NCBI GenBank assembly: GCA_025934955.1 | Contig: JAICWE010000005.1 | Coordinates: 11,558 to 75,557, forward strand | Reading direction: 5' to 3' | DNA length: 64,000 nt | Source of the DNA: Gemmatimonadales bacterium | GTDB lineage: Bacteria > Gemmatimonadota > Gemmatimonadetes > Gemmatimonadales > GWC2-71-9 | Part shown: in pieces, positions 20,401 to 28,174 of the stretch | How positions within the stretch are numbered: position 1 is the first letter of the stretch | Layout: each line of letters begins with the position of its first letter | The notes under the pieces: model-generated | Told to the model about the DNA's origin: nothing | What the model saw: the letters and a program-made list of their open reading frames with translations, nothing else | The model's database searches: none | Program-made: the position numbers and the translations under genes

Positions 20401-20567
20401 GCCTCGCCGACCGCTACCCGGGCGTGCGGGTGCTGTTCATGTCCGGCTTCACCAACGACGAAGTCGTCCGCCGCGGCCTGGTGCGCGCCGACCAGCGATT
20501 CGTCCAGAAGCCGTGGACCCCCGGCGGCCTTGCCACCGCGGTACGCACCGCCCTCGACGGTCACTGA
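17415..20567 (+). CDS. Hybrid sensor histidine kinase (CHASE3 + coiled coil + PAS repeats + HisKA/HATPase + REC)
   Basis: GTG 17415 (GTGA overlap) gives 1050 aa. CHASE3-like 'LLELEQTLSAMRDAETGQRGFLLTGDSSYLAPY'. H-box 'GGVAHDLNNMLTAIVGH'. G-box 'GTGLGLSTVYG'. REC domain 'VLIVEDDELVREI...LVVTDAVMPGMTG'. Confidence 0.85.
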   Translation: MKSYRSVRQGIGAAFAVALLLLAAVIILSYSSTARFGQVNQRALTANARLLELEQTLSAMRDAETGQRGFLLTGDSSYLAPYFAAEAEAAGHLERLRALYGRAAANAGTVDSIARLTMAKQAELDSSIRVYRMKGQTAALGFVAAGAGKAVMDTLRAVVTGAERQERVALQRDVAARRASARQSFAAVVALALSSVLLLGAALIAGLNAITERVRSERALEAERALLEQRVGDRTAELEVERTRAVDAAERAEQAALEAEESSAEAEMAADEAAQSLAARLAAEQAQSAADVRHRALVAQVQDYAIFSLDVEGHPTSWNEGVERTLGWTEAEFIGGNVDAIFTPEDVADGVPGRELAYAAAHGTANNDRWMRRKGGERFFANGTTTAVRDASGQLVGYTKVMRDRTEQKLADEALQRSEERFRSVARATREAIWDWDLASGGLEWNEGMEALFGYRLATITPAIDWWAERVHPEDRDRVVSSIEGAVHGSSKYWSEDYRFQRVDGSYAIVTDRGVIERDDDGRARRMIGTMADVSERRAAEREARLFVQVVEASTDFVGVSTMDGRAFYVNEAGRRLVGLPDMAAVQRTHVFDYFPERDRERVAERIWPIVLEAGHWDGDIRFRHFETGEEVLVHWNVFLVRDSDTGQPIAVGCVSPDLTERRRVEEQLAQAQRMEAIGRLAGGVAHDLNNMLTAIVGHAMFLEQGFEAGDPRLQDVAQINTAAERSATLTRSLLAFARRELVQPRQLDLNTLVRDMERMLRPALGEGIDFELRLDPRPQTVVADRSRIEQVILNLCLNARDAMPQGGRLTLETTPARLDEAYADRHPGTVIGAGRYVRLAVIDTGVGMTADTQARIFEPFFTTKGVGEGTGLGLSTVYGSVKQAEGFVWVYSEPGHGTAFHVYLPQAAAPASATATPPRPTPVPRGAAETVLIVEDDELVREIACRALQESGYNCLSARDGREALALAASHAGRLDLVVTDAVMPGMTGGELATRLADRYPGVRVLFMSGFTNDEVVRRGLVRADQRFVQKPWTPGGLATAVRTALDGH

Positions 20568-20620
20568 CGCCCGAGCCGCGGCGCCGCGTCCCGGCGTATC
20601 TTTCGCCGATCCGACTCTTC

Positions 20621-20665
20621 GCCGGACGCTCGCGTCCGGCCTCCCTGCACGTGGGCGCACCCACG
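20621..20665 (+). terminator. Two tandem GC hairpins after the hybrid kinase gene
   Basis: GCCGGACGC-tc-GCGTCCGGC (20621-20640) and CGTGGG-cgca-CCCACG (20650-20665). No U-tract. Confidence 0.3.
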
Positions 20666-20679
20666 CGAGCGACGGCATC

Positions 20680-23283
20680 GTGACTTCCGGCACACCCACC
20701 AGCTCCCGGTCCCGTGCGGGCGGCGAGTCGTCGCCGCTGATGGCGCAGTGGGCCGAGATCAAGGCGCGCCATCCGCACGCGATCCTCTGGTATCGCTGCG
20801 GCGACTTCTACGAGATGTTCTACGGCGACGCCGAGCTCGGCGCGCGGGTGCTCGACATCACGCTCACCTCGCGCGGCGACGGCGTGCCGCTCGCCGGCGT
20901 GCCGGTGCGTGCCGCCGCGGATTACCTCCGGCAGCTCGTCGCCGCCGGCCACCGCGTCGCCATCTGCGAGCAGGTCGAAGATCCGAAGCTGGCGCGCGGC
21001 CTTGTGCGCCGCGAAGTGGTGGAGACCGTGACACCCGGCGCCCAGCTCGAGGATGGATGGCTCGCCGGCGCCGCCAACAACTGGCTGGTCGCCAGCAGCG
21101 GCGCGGGGCTCGCCGCGATCGATTTCTCCACCGGCGAATTCGTGCTGGAGACGCTCGCGCCCGGCGGGCTCGCCGAGGCGCTCGCACGACTCGCCCCGCG
21201 CGAAGTCGTCGTCACGGCCGATAGCGAGCTCACGCTGGACGACGGCGTGCTCCGCACCGAGCGTGAGCGCTGGGAGTTCGATCCCGAGCTCGCGCGCGAA
21301 GAGCTGGCGCGCCGCTTCGCGCTGGCGTCGCTCGACGGGCTCGGACTGGGCCCGGAGGACGGCGCCGCCGTCGGTGCCGCCGGCGCGCTGCTCCGCTACC
21401 TCGGCGAGCTTCAGCCCGGCGGCCTGCCCCACCTCACGCGCCCCGAAATTCGCCGCGGCAGCCGGTATCTCTGGCTCGACGAGATGACCCGCCGCAACCT
21501 CGAGCTGGTCGAGCCGCTCCGCGCCGGCGCGCGCGGCTGCACGCTGCTCGAGACGATCGACCGCACCGTGACGCCGATGGGCGCGCGGCTGCTCCGGCAG
21601 TGGACGCTGTCGCCGCTTCGCGATTGCGCCACGATCGAGCGGCGGCTCGACGCGGTGGAGACGCTGGTGCGGGACGGCACCGGCCGCGCCCGGCTGCGCG
21701 AGACGCTCGACGGGGTGCGCGACCTCGAGCGTCTCGCCGGCCGCGCCGCCGCCGGCCGCGCCACTCCGCGGGAGCTCGGCGTGATCCGCGACTCGCTGGG
21801 CCGACTGCCGGATGTCGTCACCGCGCTGCGCGCCATCGCCCCGGCCGCGGCCATCGGCACGGACGGCTGGGCCGAGCTGCCGCGCGCGGTCGCGACGCTC
21901 GATCCCCTCCCCGATCTGCGCGCCGAGCTCGCCGCCGCGCTGGTCGAGCGCCCGCCCGCGCTCCTCGCCGACGGCGGCGTCATCCGCCCCGGCTATGACG
22001 CGGAGCTCGACGAGCTCCGCTCGCTGCGCGACGGCGGCCGCCAGTACATCGCCGACCTGCAGCAGCGGGAGCGCGAGCGCACCGGGATCCCGTCGCTCAA
22101 GGTCGGCTACAACAAGGTGTTCGGATATTTCCTGGAGATCACCCACGCCCACAGCGCGCGGGTGCCCGCCGAGTACGAGCGGCGCCAGACGCTGGCGAAC
22201 GCCGAGCGCTACGTCACCCCCGAGCTCAAGGACTACGAGGCGAAAGTGCTTGGCGCCGAGGAGCGGATGGCGACGCGCGAAGCGGAGCTGTTCGGTGCGC
22301 TCCGCGGCGCGGTCGCGGCGGCGATCGTGCGGATCCAGCGCAGCAGCGGCGTGCTGGCGCGGCTCGACGGGTGGAGCGCGCTCGCCGAGATCGCGGTGAC
22401 CGGACGCTACGTGCGGCCCGCGATCACCGACGATTTCGAGCTGGAGCTGGTGCAGTGCCGCCATCCGGTGATCGAGCGGCTGATGCCGCGCGAGTCGTTC
22501 ATTCCCAACGACGTGCGCTTCGAGGAGTCGGCGCGGGTGCTGCTCGTCACCGGGCCCAATATGGCCGGCAAGAGCACCATCCTCCGGCAGATCGGCCTCT
22601 GCGTGGTGCTGGCGCAGCTCGGGAGCTTCGTGCCCGCCGAGCGCGCCACGATCGGCGTGGCCGACCGGCTCTTCACCCGTGTCGGCGCCAGCGACAACCT
22701 GGCCCGCGGCCAGAGCACGTTCATGGTGGAGATGAGCGAGACCAGCGCGATCCTGCACAACGCGACAGCGCGGAGTCTGGTGCTGCTGGACGAGATCGGC
22801 CGCGGCACCTCGACGTACGACGGCGTGGCGATCGCGTGGGCGGTGACCGAGCACCTGCACGACCGGGTCGGCTGCAAGACGATGTTCGCGACCCACTACC
22901 ACGAGCTGATGCAGCTCCCCGAGGAGCTCCAGCACGCGAGGAACCTCAACGTCGCCGTGCGCGAGACCGGCGATACCGTGGTCTTCCTCCACCGTTTGGA
23001 GCCGGGCGGCACCGATCGCTCCTACGGCATCCACGTCGCGCAGCTCGCCGGGCTGCCCGATCGCGTCGTCCGCCGCGCGAGGGAGGTGCTCCGCACGCTG
23101 GAAGGCGAGCACCGGGTCGTGCCCGGCACCCCGGTCCCCGCGCCCGATCCCGGCCAGCTCCCGCTGTTCGACGCGCCGCCGCACCCGGTCGTGTCCGAGC
23201 TCGAAGCCCTCGAGATCGACACGCTGACGCCGCTCGAAGCCCTGAATCGCCTTGCCGAATTCAAGCGCCGGCTGAGCGGCTGA
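20680..23283 (+). CDS. mutS: DNA mismatch repair protein MutS
   Basis: 'PLMAQWAEIKARHPHAILWYRCGDFYEMFYGDA'. Walker A 'GPNMAGKST'. 'STFMVEM'. I chose the in-frame GTG 20680; the track start at 20530 would overlap the upstream gene. Confidence 0.9.
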   Translation: MTSGTPTSSRSRAGGESSPLMAQWAEIKARHPHAILWYRCGDFYEMFYGDAELGARVLDITLTSRGDGVPLAGVPVRAAADYLRQLVAAGHRVAICEQVEDPKLARGLVRREVVETVTPGAQLEDGWLAGAANNWLVASSGAGLAAIDFSTGEFVLETLAPGGLAEALARLAPREVVVTADSELTLDDGVLRTERERWEFDPELAREELARRFALASLDGLGLGPEDGAAVGAAGALLRYLGELQPGGLPHLTRPEIRRGSRYLWLDEMTRRNLELVEPLRAGARGCTLLETIDRTVTPMGARLLRQWTLSPLRDCATIERRLDAVETLVRDGTGRARLRETLDGVRDLERLAGRAAAGRATPRELGVIRDSLGRLPDVVTALRAIAPAAAIGTDGWAELPRAVATLDPLPDLRAELAAALVERPPALLADGGVIRPGYDAELDELRSLRDGGRQYIADLQQRERERTGIPSLKVGYNKVFGYFLEITHAHSARVPAEYERRQTLANAERYVTPELKDYEAKVLGAEERMATREAELFGALRGAVAAAIVRIQRSSGVLARLDGWSALAEIAVTGRYVRPAITDDFELELVQCRHPVIERLMPRESFIPNDVRFEESARVLLVTGPNMAGKSTILRQIGLCVVLAQLGSFVPAERATIGVADRLFTRVGASDNLARGQSTFMVEMSETSAILHNATARSLVLLDEIGRGTSTYDGVAIAWAVTEHLHDRVGCKTMFATHYHELMQLPEELQHARNLNVAVRETGDTVVFLHRLEPGGTDRSYGIHVAQLAGLPDRVVRRAREVLRTLEGEHRVVPGTPVPAPDPGQLPLFDAPPHPVVSELEALEIDTLTPLEALNRLAEFKRRLSG

Positions 23284-23306
23284 ACCCGCCTTCGTTCGCT
23301 GAGCCC

Positions 23307-24887
23307 ATGACCGAGCGTCTCTACTATCGCGATGCCTGCCTCGCCGCGTTCGAAGCGCGGGTGGTGGAGCGCGCCGACGACGGGCGACGGATCTATCTGG
23401 ATCGGACCGCCTTCTACCCCACCAGCGGCGGCCAGCCGCACGATCTCGGCGAGATCTGCGGCGTCGCGATCCAGGATGTGGTAGACGAGGGCGAGCGCAT
23501 TGCACACCTGCTCGCGCGGCCGCTGCCCGCGGGGAGCGACATGGTGAGCGCCGTGATCGACTGGCCCCGTCGCCGCGATCTGATGCAGCAACACACCGCG
23601 CAGCACCTGCTCTCCGCCCTCTTCGAGGATCGCTTCGGCTACGCGACGGTGAGCGTGCACTTCGGCGCCGAGAGCTCGACGCTCGATCTCGGCACCGGCG
23701 GCATGACGCCGGAGCAGCTGCGCGAGGCGGAAGCACGCGCCAACACGCTGATCCGCGAGCACCGGCCGGTGACCGTCTCGTTCGAGGACGCCGCGATGGC
23801 AATCGGACTTCGGAAAGCGTCCGCGCGCGACGGCACGCTCCGCATCGTTTCCATCGACGGCGTGGACCGGAGCGCCTGCGGCGGGACCCACGTCTCCAAC
23901 ACCGCCGAGATCGCGCCGCTCCTCGTGCTGCGGACCGAGCGCGTGCGTCAGGCGACGCGGGTCGAGTTCCTCGCCGGCCACCGCGCGCTCCGCCGCGCCC
24001 GCGCCGACCACGAGGCGCTCGGCCGCATCGCCCGCGCGCTCACCGTGGCGCCGGATGAAGCGCCCGCTGCCGTGGCGGCGCTCGCAGAGCAGTTGAAGGA
24101 AGCGCAGTCCGCGCGGAAGCGGCTCGATGAGGAGGCGCTGCGCCAGCGCGCCGAGTCCCTCGCCGCGAACGCCGCCGCCGATCCGGACGGCGTCCGCCGG
24201 ATCATGGAGCCCGCGGCGACGTCGCCCGACGCGCTGCGTGCGCTGGCGCAGGCGTGCGCCGCGCTGCCGCGCTGCGTGTTCGTCGGCGCCGCGGCCGCGC
24301 CGCCGCTCGTCGTCGTCTCGGCGTCCGAGGATTCCGGCGTGGACGCGGGCCGCGCCATCAAGACGCTCCTCGGCGAAGTGGCCGGCCGCGGCGGCGGGTC
24401 GCCCCGGATGGCGCAGGCGAGTCTCACCGACCCCGCCGCGCGGGAGACTGCGATCGCGCGGCTGGCCCGACTGGTTGCTCCCGCGCTGCTGCTGCTCGCG
24501 CTCGCGGCGCCGTCGGCAGGCTGCCGCCGCGGGCGCGACGACACGACGGTCCGGCTCCCGAGCAACGCGCCGCCGCCGCGCTCCAGCGCGGAGAGCCCAC
24601 CGGTGCCGCTCAACCCGAACTCGCCGGTGGAATATCCCGCCGCGCTCGAGGCGCAGGGCATCGAGGGCACCGTGCTCCTTCGCCTCTACATCGACACCAG
24701 CGGCGCGGTGCGCCCCGATTCGATTCACGTCGCCGAGTCGAGCGGCTATCCCGCCCTCGATTCCGCGGCGATCGCCGGCGCGCGCCGGCTCCGCTACGCT
24801 CCGGCGCTCAAGGGCGGACAGCCCGTCGCGTCACTCTTCATGCAGCCCATTCAGTTCCGGCGCAGCCACGGCGCCGGGAGGACCTGA
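23307..24887 (+). CDS. AlaX-L-type alanyl-tRNA editing protein continuing in frame into TM/lipobox + Pro-rich linker + TonB C-terminal domain
   Basis: ATG 23307 gives 526 aa. Editing motifs 'HTAQHLLSA' and 'CGGTHV'. DHHA1-like 'GRGGGSPRMAQA'. Then 'LVAPALLLLALAAPSAGC', a Pro-rich stretch, and 'VEYPAALEAQGIEGTVLLRLYIDTSGAV...SGYPALDSAAIAGARRLRYAPA' (TonB_C-like). No stop codon lies between the parts. Confidence 0.7.
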   Translation: MTERLYYRDACLAAFEARVVERADDGRRIYLDRTAFYPTSGGQPHDLGEICGVAIQDVVDEGERIAHLLARPLPAGSDMVSAVIDWPRRRDLMQQHTAQHLLSALFEDRFGYATVSVHFGAESSTLDLGTGGMTPEQLREAEARANTLIREHRPVTVSFEDAAMAIGLRKASARDGTLRIVSIDGVDRSACGGTHVSNTAEIAPLLVLRTERVRQATRVEFLAGHRALRRARADHEALGRIARALTVAPDEAPAAVAALAEQLKEAQSARKRLDEEALRQRAESLAANAAADPDGVRRIMEPAATSPDALRALAQACAALPRCVFVGAAAAPPLVVVSASEDSGVDAGRAIKTLLGEVAGRGGGSPRMAQASLTDPAARETAIARLARLVAPALLLLALAAPSAGCRRGRDDTTVRLPSNAPPPRSSAESPPVPLNPNSPVEYPAALEAQGIEGTVLLRLYIDTSGAVRPDSIHVAESSGYPALDSAAIAGARRLRYAPALKGGQPVASLFMQPIQFRRSHGAGRT

Positions 24888-26299
24888 TGACCGCCAGCTC
24901 ACCGCGCGGCGCGACACCGCCGCACCTCGCGCCCTATGACTCCGTGCTCGACACCGTCGGCTGGACGCCGCTCATCCGTCTGGGCCGGGTCGGGGCCGGA
25001 CTGCGGACGCCGATCTACGGGAAGGCGGAGTACGCCAACCCCGGCGGCTCCGTGAAGGACCGCATCGGGCTCGCCATCATCGAGGACGCCGAGCGACGCG
25101 GCGAGCTCAAACCCGGCGGCACCGTCGTCGAGGGCACCAGCGGCAACACCGGCGTCGGCCTCGCCATGGCGGCGGCGCTCAAGGGCTACCGCTGCATCTT
25201 CACCATGCCTGACAAGATGTCGCAGGAAAAGGTGCGGCTGCTCAGGGCCTACGGCGCCGACGTCGTCATCACGCCCACCGCCGTACCGGCGGATCACCCG
25301 GACAACTACGTGATGAAGGCCAAGCAGATCGTGAAGGACACGCCGGGCGCGATCCTCGCCAACCAGTTCTACAATCAGGTGAACCCCGAGGCACACTACC
25401 GCACCACTGGTCCCGAGATCTGGGAGCAAACCGGCGGCCGGGTCAGCCATTTCGTGGCGGGCGCCGGCACCGGCGGCACGGTGAGCGGCGCGGGCAAGTA
25501 TCTCAAGGAACGGAACCCCGACATCCGCGTCATCGCCGGCGACCCGGTCGGCTCGCTCTACACCGGCTACGCCCGGAGCGGCACCTTGGGCAGCGGTCAC
25601 CCCTACAAGGTGGAAGGCATCGGCGGCGACAAGGCGCCGACCACGGTCTGGTGGGACCAGATCGATGAATGGCGCCAGGTGAGCGACCGGGTCTCGATGA
25701 TGACGGCCCGCCGGATCGCCCGGGAAGAGGGCATCCTGGTCGGCGGCTCTGCCGGGCTCAATGTGGCGGTGGCCCTGGAGCTGGCGCGCGAGCTCGACAG
25801 CCCCGACGCCTGCGTCGTCACCATTCTCTGCGACACCGGCGAGCGCTACCTCTCCAAGGTCTTCAGCGACGAGTGGATGCAGGAGAACCAGCTGCTCGAC
25901 CGGCCCCAGGCCACGGTGGAGCAGATCCTGGCACGGCGTTCGCCGGAGGCGCCGGCGCTGGTGAGCGTCGCCCCGGCCGCCGCGGTGCGGCAGGCGCTGA
26001 ACCTGATGAGCACCTGGGGCGTGAGCCAGATCCCCGTGGTAGACGAAGGCAAGTCGGTCGGCGGACTCGCCGAGGGCACCTTGATGACGCGGGCGCTCGC
26101 ACAGCCCGCCCTGCTGGACCGCCCGGTGCGCGAGGTGATGGACCCGCCGTTCCCGGTCGTGGACGCCGGCTTCGCCACCGACCGGCTCGGCGCCATGCTG
26201 ACGCGGGAAAGCCCCGCCGCACTGGTCCAGAAGGAGGGCGAACTGATCGGCATCGTGAGCCGCTACGACCTGCTCCAGCAGATGATCGGAAGCCGCTGA
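24887..26299 (+). CDS. Cystathionine beta-synthase (PLP cysteine-synthase fold + CBS domain pair)
   Basis: TGATG junction. 470 aa. 'NPGGSVKDRIGLAIIEDAERRG...EGTSGNTGVGLAMAAALKGY'. C-terminal tandem CBS-like domains. Confidence 0.85.
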   Translation: MTASSPRGATPPHLAPYDSVLDTVGWTPLIRLGRVGAGLRTPIYGKAEYANPGGSVKDRIGLAIIEDAERRGELKPGGTVVEGTSGNTGVGLAMAAALKGYRCIFTMPDKMSQEKVRLLRAYGADVVITPTAVPADHPDNYVMKAKQIVKDTPGAILANQFYNQVNPEAHYRTTGPEIWEQTGGRVSHFVAGAGTGGTVSGAGKYLKERNPDIRVIAGDPVGSLYTGYARSGTLGSGHPYKVEGIGGDKAPTTVWWDQIDEWRQVSDRVSMMTARRIAREEGILVGGSAGLNVAVALELARELDSPDACVVTILCDTGERYLSKVFSDEWMQENQLLDRPQATVEQILARRSPEAPALVSVAPAAAVRQALNLMSTWGVSQIPVVDEGKSVGGLAEGTLMTRALAQPALLDRPVREVMDPPFPVVDAGFATDRLGAMLTRESPAALVQKEGELIGIVSRYDLLQQMIGSR

Positions 26300-27324
26300 T
26301 GCGCGTCACTGTACTTACCGGCGGCACGTCGGCCGAGCGGGACGTGGCGATAGCCTCGGCGGTGCAGGTCATCGCGGCACTCCGGACGCGCAGGCACCAG
26401 GTCTCGGTGGTGGACACCGCCCGCGGGTACATCGCGGAACGGGACGAAGCCGTGCTGCTCTCCGGTGCGGTCGGCGCGGAGCCGCCGTCGCTCCCCGAGC
26501 TGCAGGCGCTCGAGCGGGGGCTGCTCCTTTCCGGCCTCGCCAATCTGGCCGCCGTGAAGGACGCCGAGGTCCTCTTCCTGGCGCTCCACGGCGGCCGGGG
26601 TGAAGACGGCACCATCCAGACCTTGCTGGAAATGATCGGCGTCCCCTATACCGGAAGTGGCCGCCTGGGGAGTGCGCTCGCGATGGACAAGGACGTCGCC
26701 AAGCGGCTCTTTCGTCAGACCGGGGTACCGACGCCCGATTGGGTGATGGCGCCCGCAGCGGCGGCCCGGATCGGGCAACAGCTTGGATGGCCGGCGGTGG
26801 TGAAGCCGTCGAAACAGGGCTCCACCGTCGGGCTGACGGTGGTGAAGCGACCCGAGGACTACGAGGCAGCGGTGACCTTGGCGCGACAGTACGACGATGA
26901 GGTGATGGTCGAGGCCTTCGTGCCGGGGCGCGAGCTGACGGTCGGGGTGCTCGACGGCCGCGCGCTGGCCGTGGGCGAGATCATCCCGCGGCACGAGGTC
27001 TTCGACTACGAGTGCAAGTACACGCCCGGCATGTCCCAGGAGATCTTCCCCGCCGACATCACCCCGGCCGTCGCGGCCGAATGCGGCCGCCTCTCGCTCC
27101 TCGCGCACCACGCGCTGAAGCTGGGTGGCTACTCGCGGGTGGACTTTCGCTTGACACCGGCGGGCGATCTGTCCTGTTTAGAAGTGAACACGCTGCCTGG
27201 CATGACGGCCACGAGCCTTCTGCCCCAGTCGGCGGCCGCGGTCGGCATCGATTTCGCCGAGTTGTGCGAGCGAATCTGCCGCTCCGCGGGCACGGTGCAC
27301 GCTCGCGTGAAGGAACCTGCCTGA
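26299..27324 (+). CDS. ddl: D-alanine--D-alanine ligase
   Basis: TGATG junction. 341 aa. 'VLTGGTSAERDVAIASA...FLALHGGRGEDGTIQTLLEMIGVPYTGSG...VNTLPGMT'. Confidence 0.9.
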   Translation: MRVTVLTGGTSAERDVAIASAVQVIAALRTRRHQVSVVDTARGYIAERDEAVLLSGAVGAEPPSLPELQALERGLLLSGLANLAAVKDAEVLFLALHGGRGEDGTIQTLLEMIGVPYTGSGRLGSALAMDKDVAKRLFRQTGVPTPDWVMAPAAAARIGQQLGWPAVVKPSKQGSTVGLTVVKRPEDYEAAVTLARQYDDEVMVEAFVPGRELTVGVLDGRALAVGEIIPRHEVFDYECKYTPGMSQEIFPADITPAVAAECGRLSLLAHHALKLGGYSRVDFRLTPAGDLSCLEVNTLPGMTATSLLPQSAAAVGIDFAELCERICRSAGTVHARVKEPA

Positions 27325-27325
27325 C

Positions 27326-28168
27326 GTGTCGCTGGTCCCCTACCCTCGCCTGACCCCCTGGGTCGTCCGCCTCAGCGCCATCAATGTCGTGGTGCTGCTG
27401 CTCATGATGACCGTGTTCACCTCCCCGTCGGTCGTGGCCACGCTGGCCTTCGATCCGCGGGTGGCGCTGGCGCGGCCATGGACGTTCCTGACCTACGCCT
27501 TCCTGCACGAGGGCGTGCTCCACGTGGCGCTGAACACCTTCGCGCTCGTGGTGTTCGGTCCGGCGGTCGAGGAGCGGATGGGCGGGCGGAGCTTCCTGCT
27601 GTACTATCTCTACTGCGCGCTCGGCGGCGCGCTGTTCACGATGGGGCTGTCGGGGCTGATCCCCACGGCGCCGGTGGTCGGCGCCTCGGCGGCGATCATG
27701 GGCGTGCTGGTGGCGTACGCCATCTGCTGGCCCGACGCCGAGCTGATCGCCTTCCCGCTGCCCATCCCGATCAAGGCGCGCACACTGGTGCTCGCGCTGG
27801 TCGGCATCAGCGTCGTGCTCGCCTTCCTGCCGCTCGGCAGCGGAATCGCCAACGGCGCGCACGTCGGCGGCGCGCTGTTCGGCTATCTGTTCTTCCGGCT
27901 CCAGGCCATCTCGCACCACGCGCCCACGGCGGCCGCGCGCACCGTGCCGCGGGTCGTGATGGTGCAGTCGGGCTCGGGCGAGCAGGCGCGCCATTCGGCC
28001 CCGGTCACCGCGCCGCAGCAGCGCCGCCGCGCCGCCGCCGATCCCGTCGCCGCCGAGATGGACCGCGTGCTCGACAAGATCAGTGCCGAGGGCATCGAGA
28101 GCCTCACCGCCGACGAGCGGCGTTTTCTGTTCGAGGTATCCAAGCGCAAGCAGGACGAGCTGCACTGA
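27326..28168 (+). CDS. Rhomboid family intramembrane serine protease
   Basis: GTG start 2 nt after the ddl stop. 280 aa. 'GASAAIMGVLVAY' contains the catalytic GxSxxxxG motif. 'GAHVGGALFGYLF' contains the catalytic His. Confidence 0.85.
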   Translation: MSLVPYPRLTPWVVRLSAINVVVLLLMMTVFTSPSVVATLAFDPRVALARPWTFLTYAFLHEGVLHVALNTFALVVFGPAVEERMGGRSFLLYYLYCALGGALFTMGLSGLIPTAPVVGASAAIMGVLVAYAICWPDAELIAFPLPIPIKARTLVLALVGISVVLAFLPLGSGIANGAHVGGALFGYLFFRLQAISHHAPTAAARTVPRVVMVQSGSGEQARHSAPVTAPQQRRRAAADPVAAEMDRVLDKISAEGIESLTADERRFLFEVSKRKQDELH

Positions 28169-28174
28169 TCGCGG

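Noticed and set aside
22371-23306. The upstream 312 codons of track ORF 22371..24887.
   Set aside because: They overlap mutS out of frame. The AlaX-like sequence begins at ATG 23307, just after the mutS stop.
15347-23802. Very long minus-strand ORFs (15347..17158, 17313..20762, 20449..23802) antisense to holA, the SPOR gene, the hybrid kinase and mutS.
   Set aside because: The translations are dominated by R/A/G/P/D runs with no recognisable domains. The plus-strand frames contain complete, motif-rich proteins.
25929-25944. TGGCAC-ggcgt-TCGCC sigma-54-like match inside the cystathionine beta-synthase gene. Weaker ones are inside the AraC-type gene at about 45209 and 45345.
   Set aside because: These are intragenic, and my base-composition estimate predicts about one such match per window by chance. 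An internal promoter for ddl cannot be excluded, but there is no supporting context.
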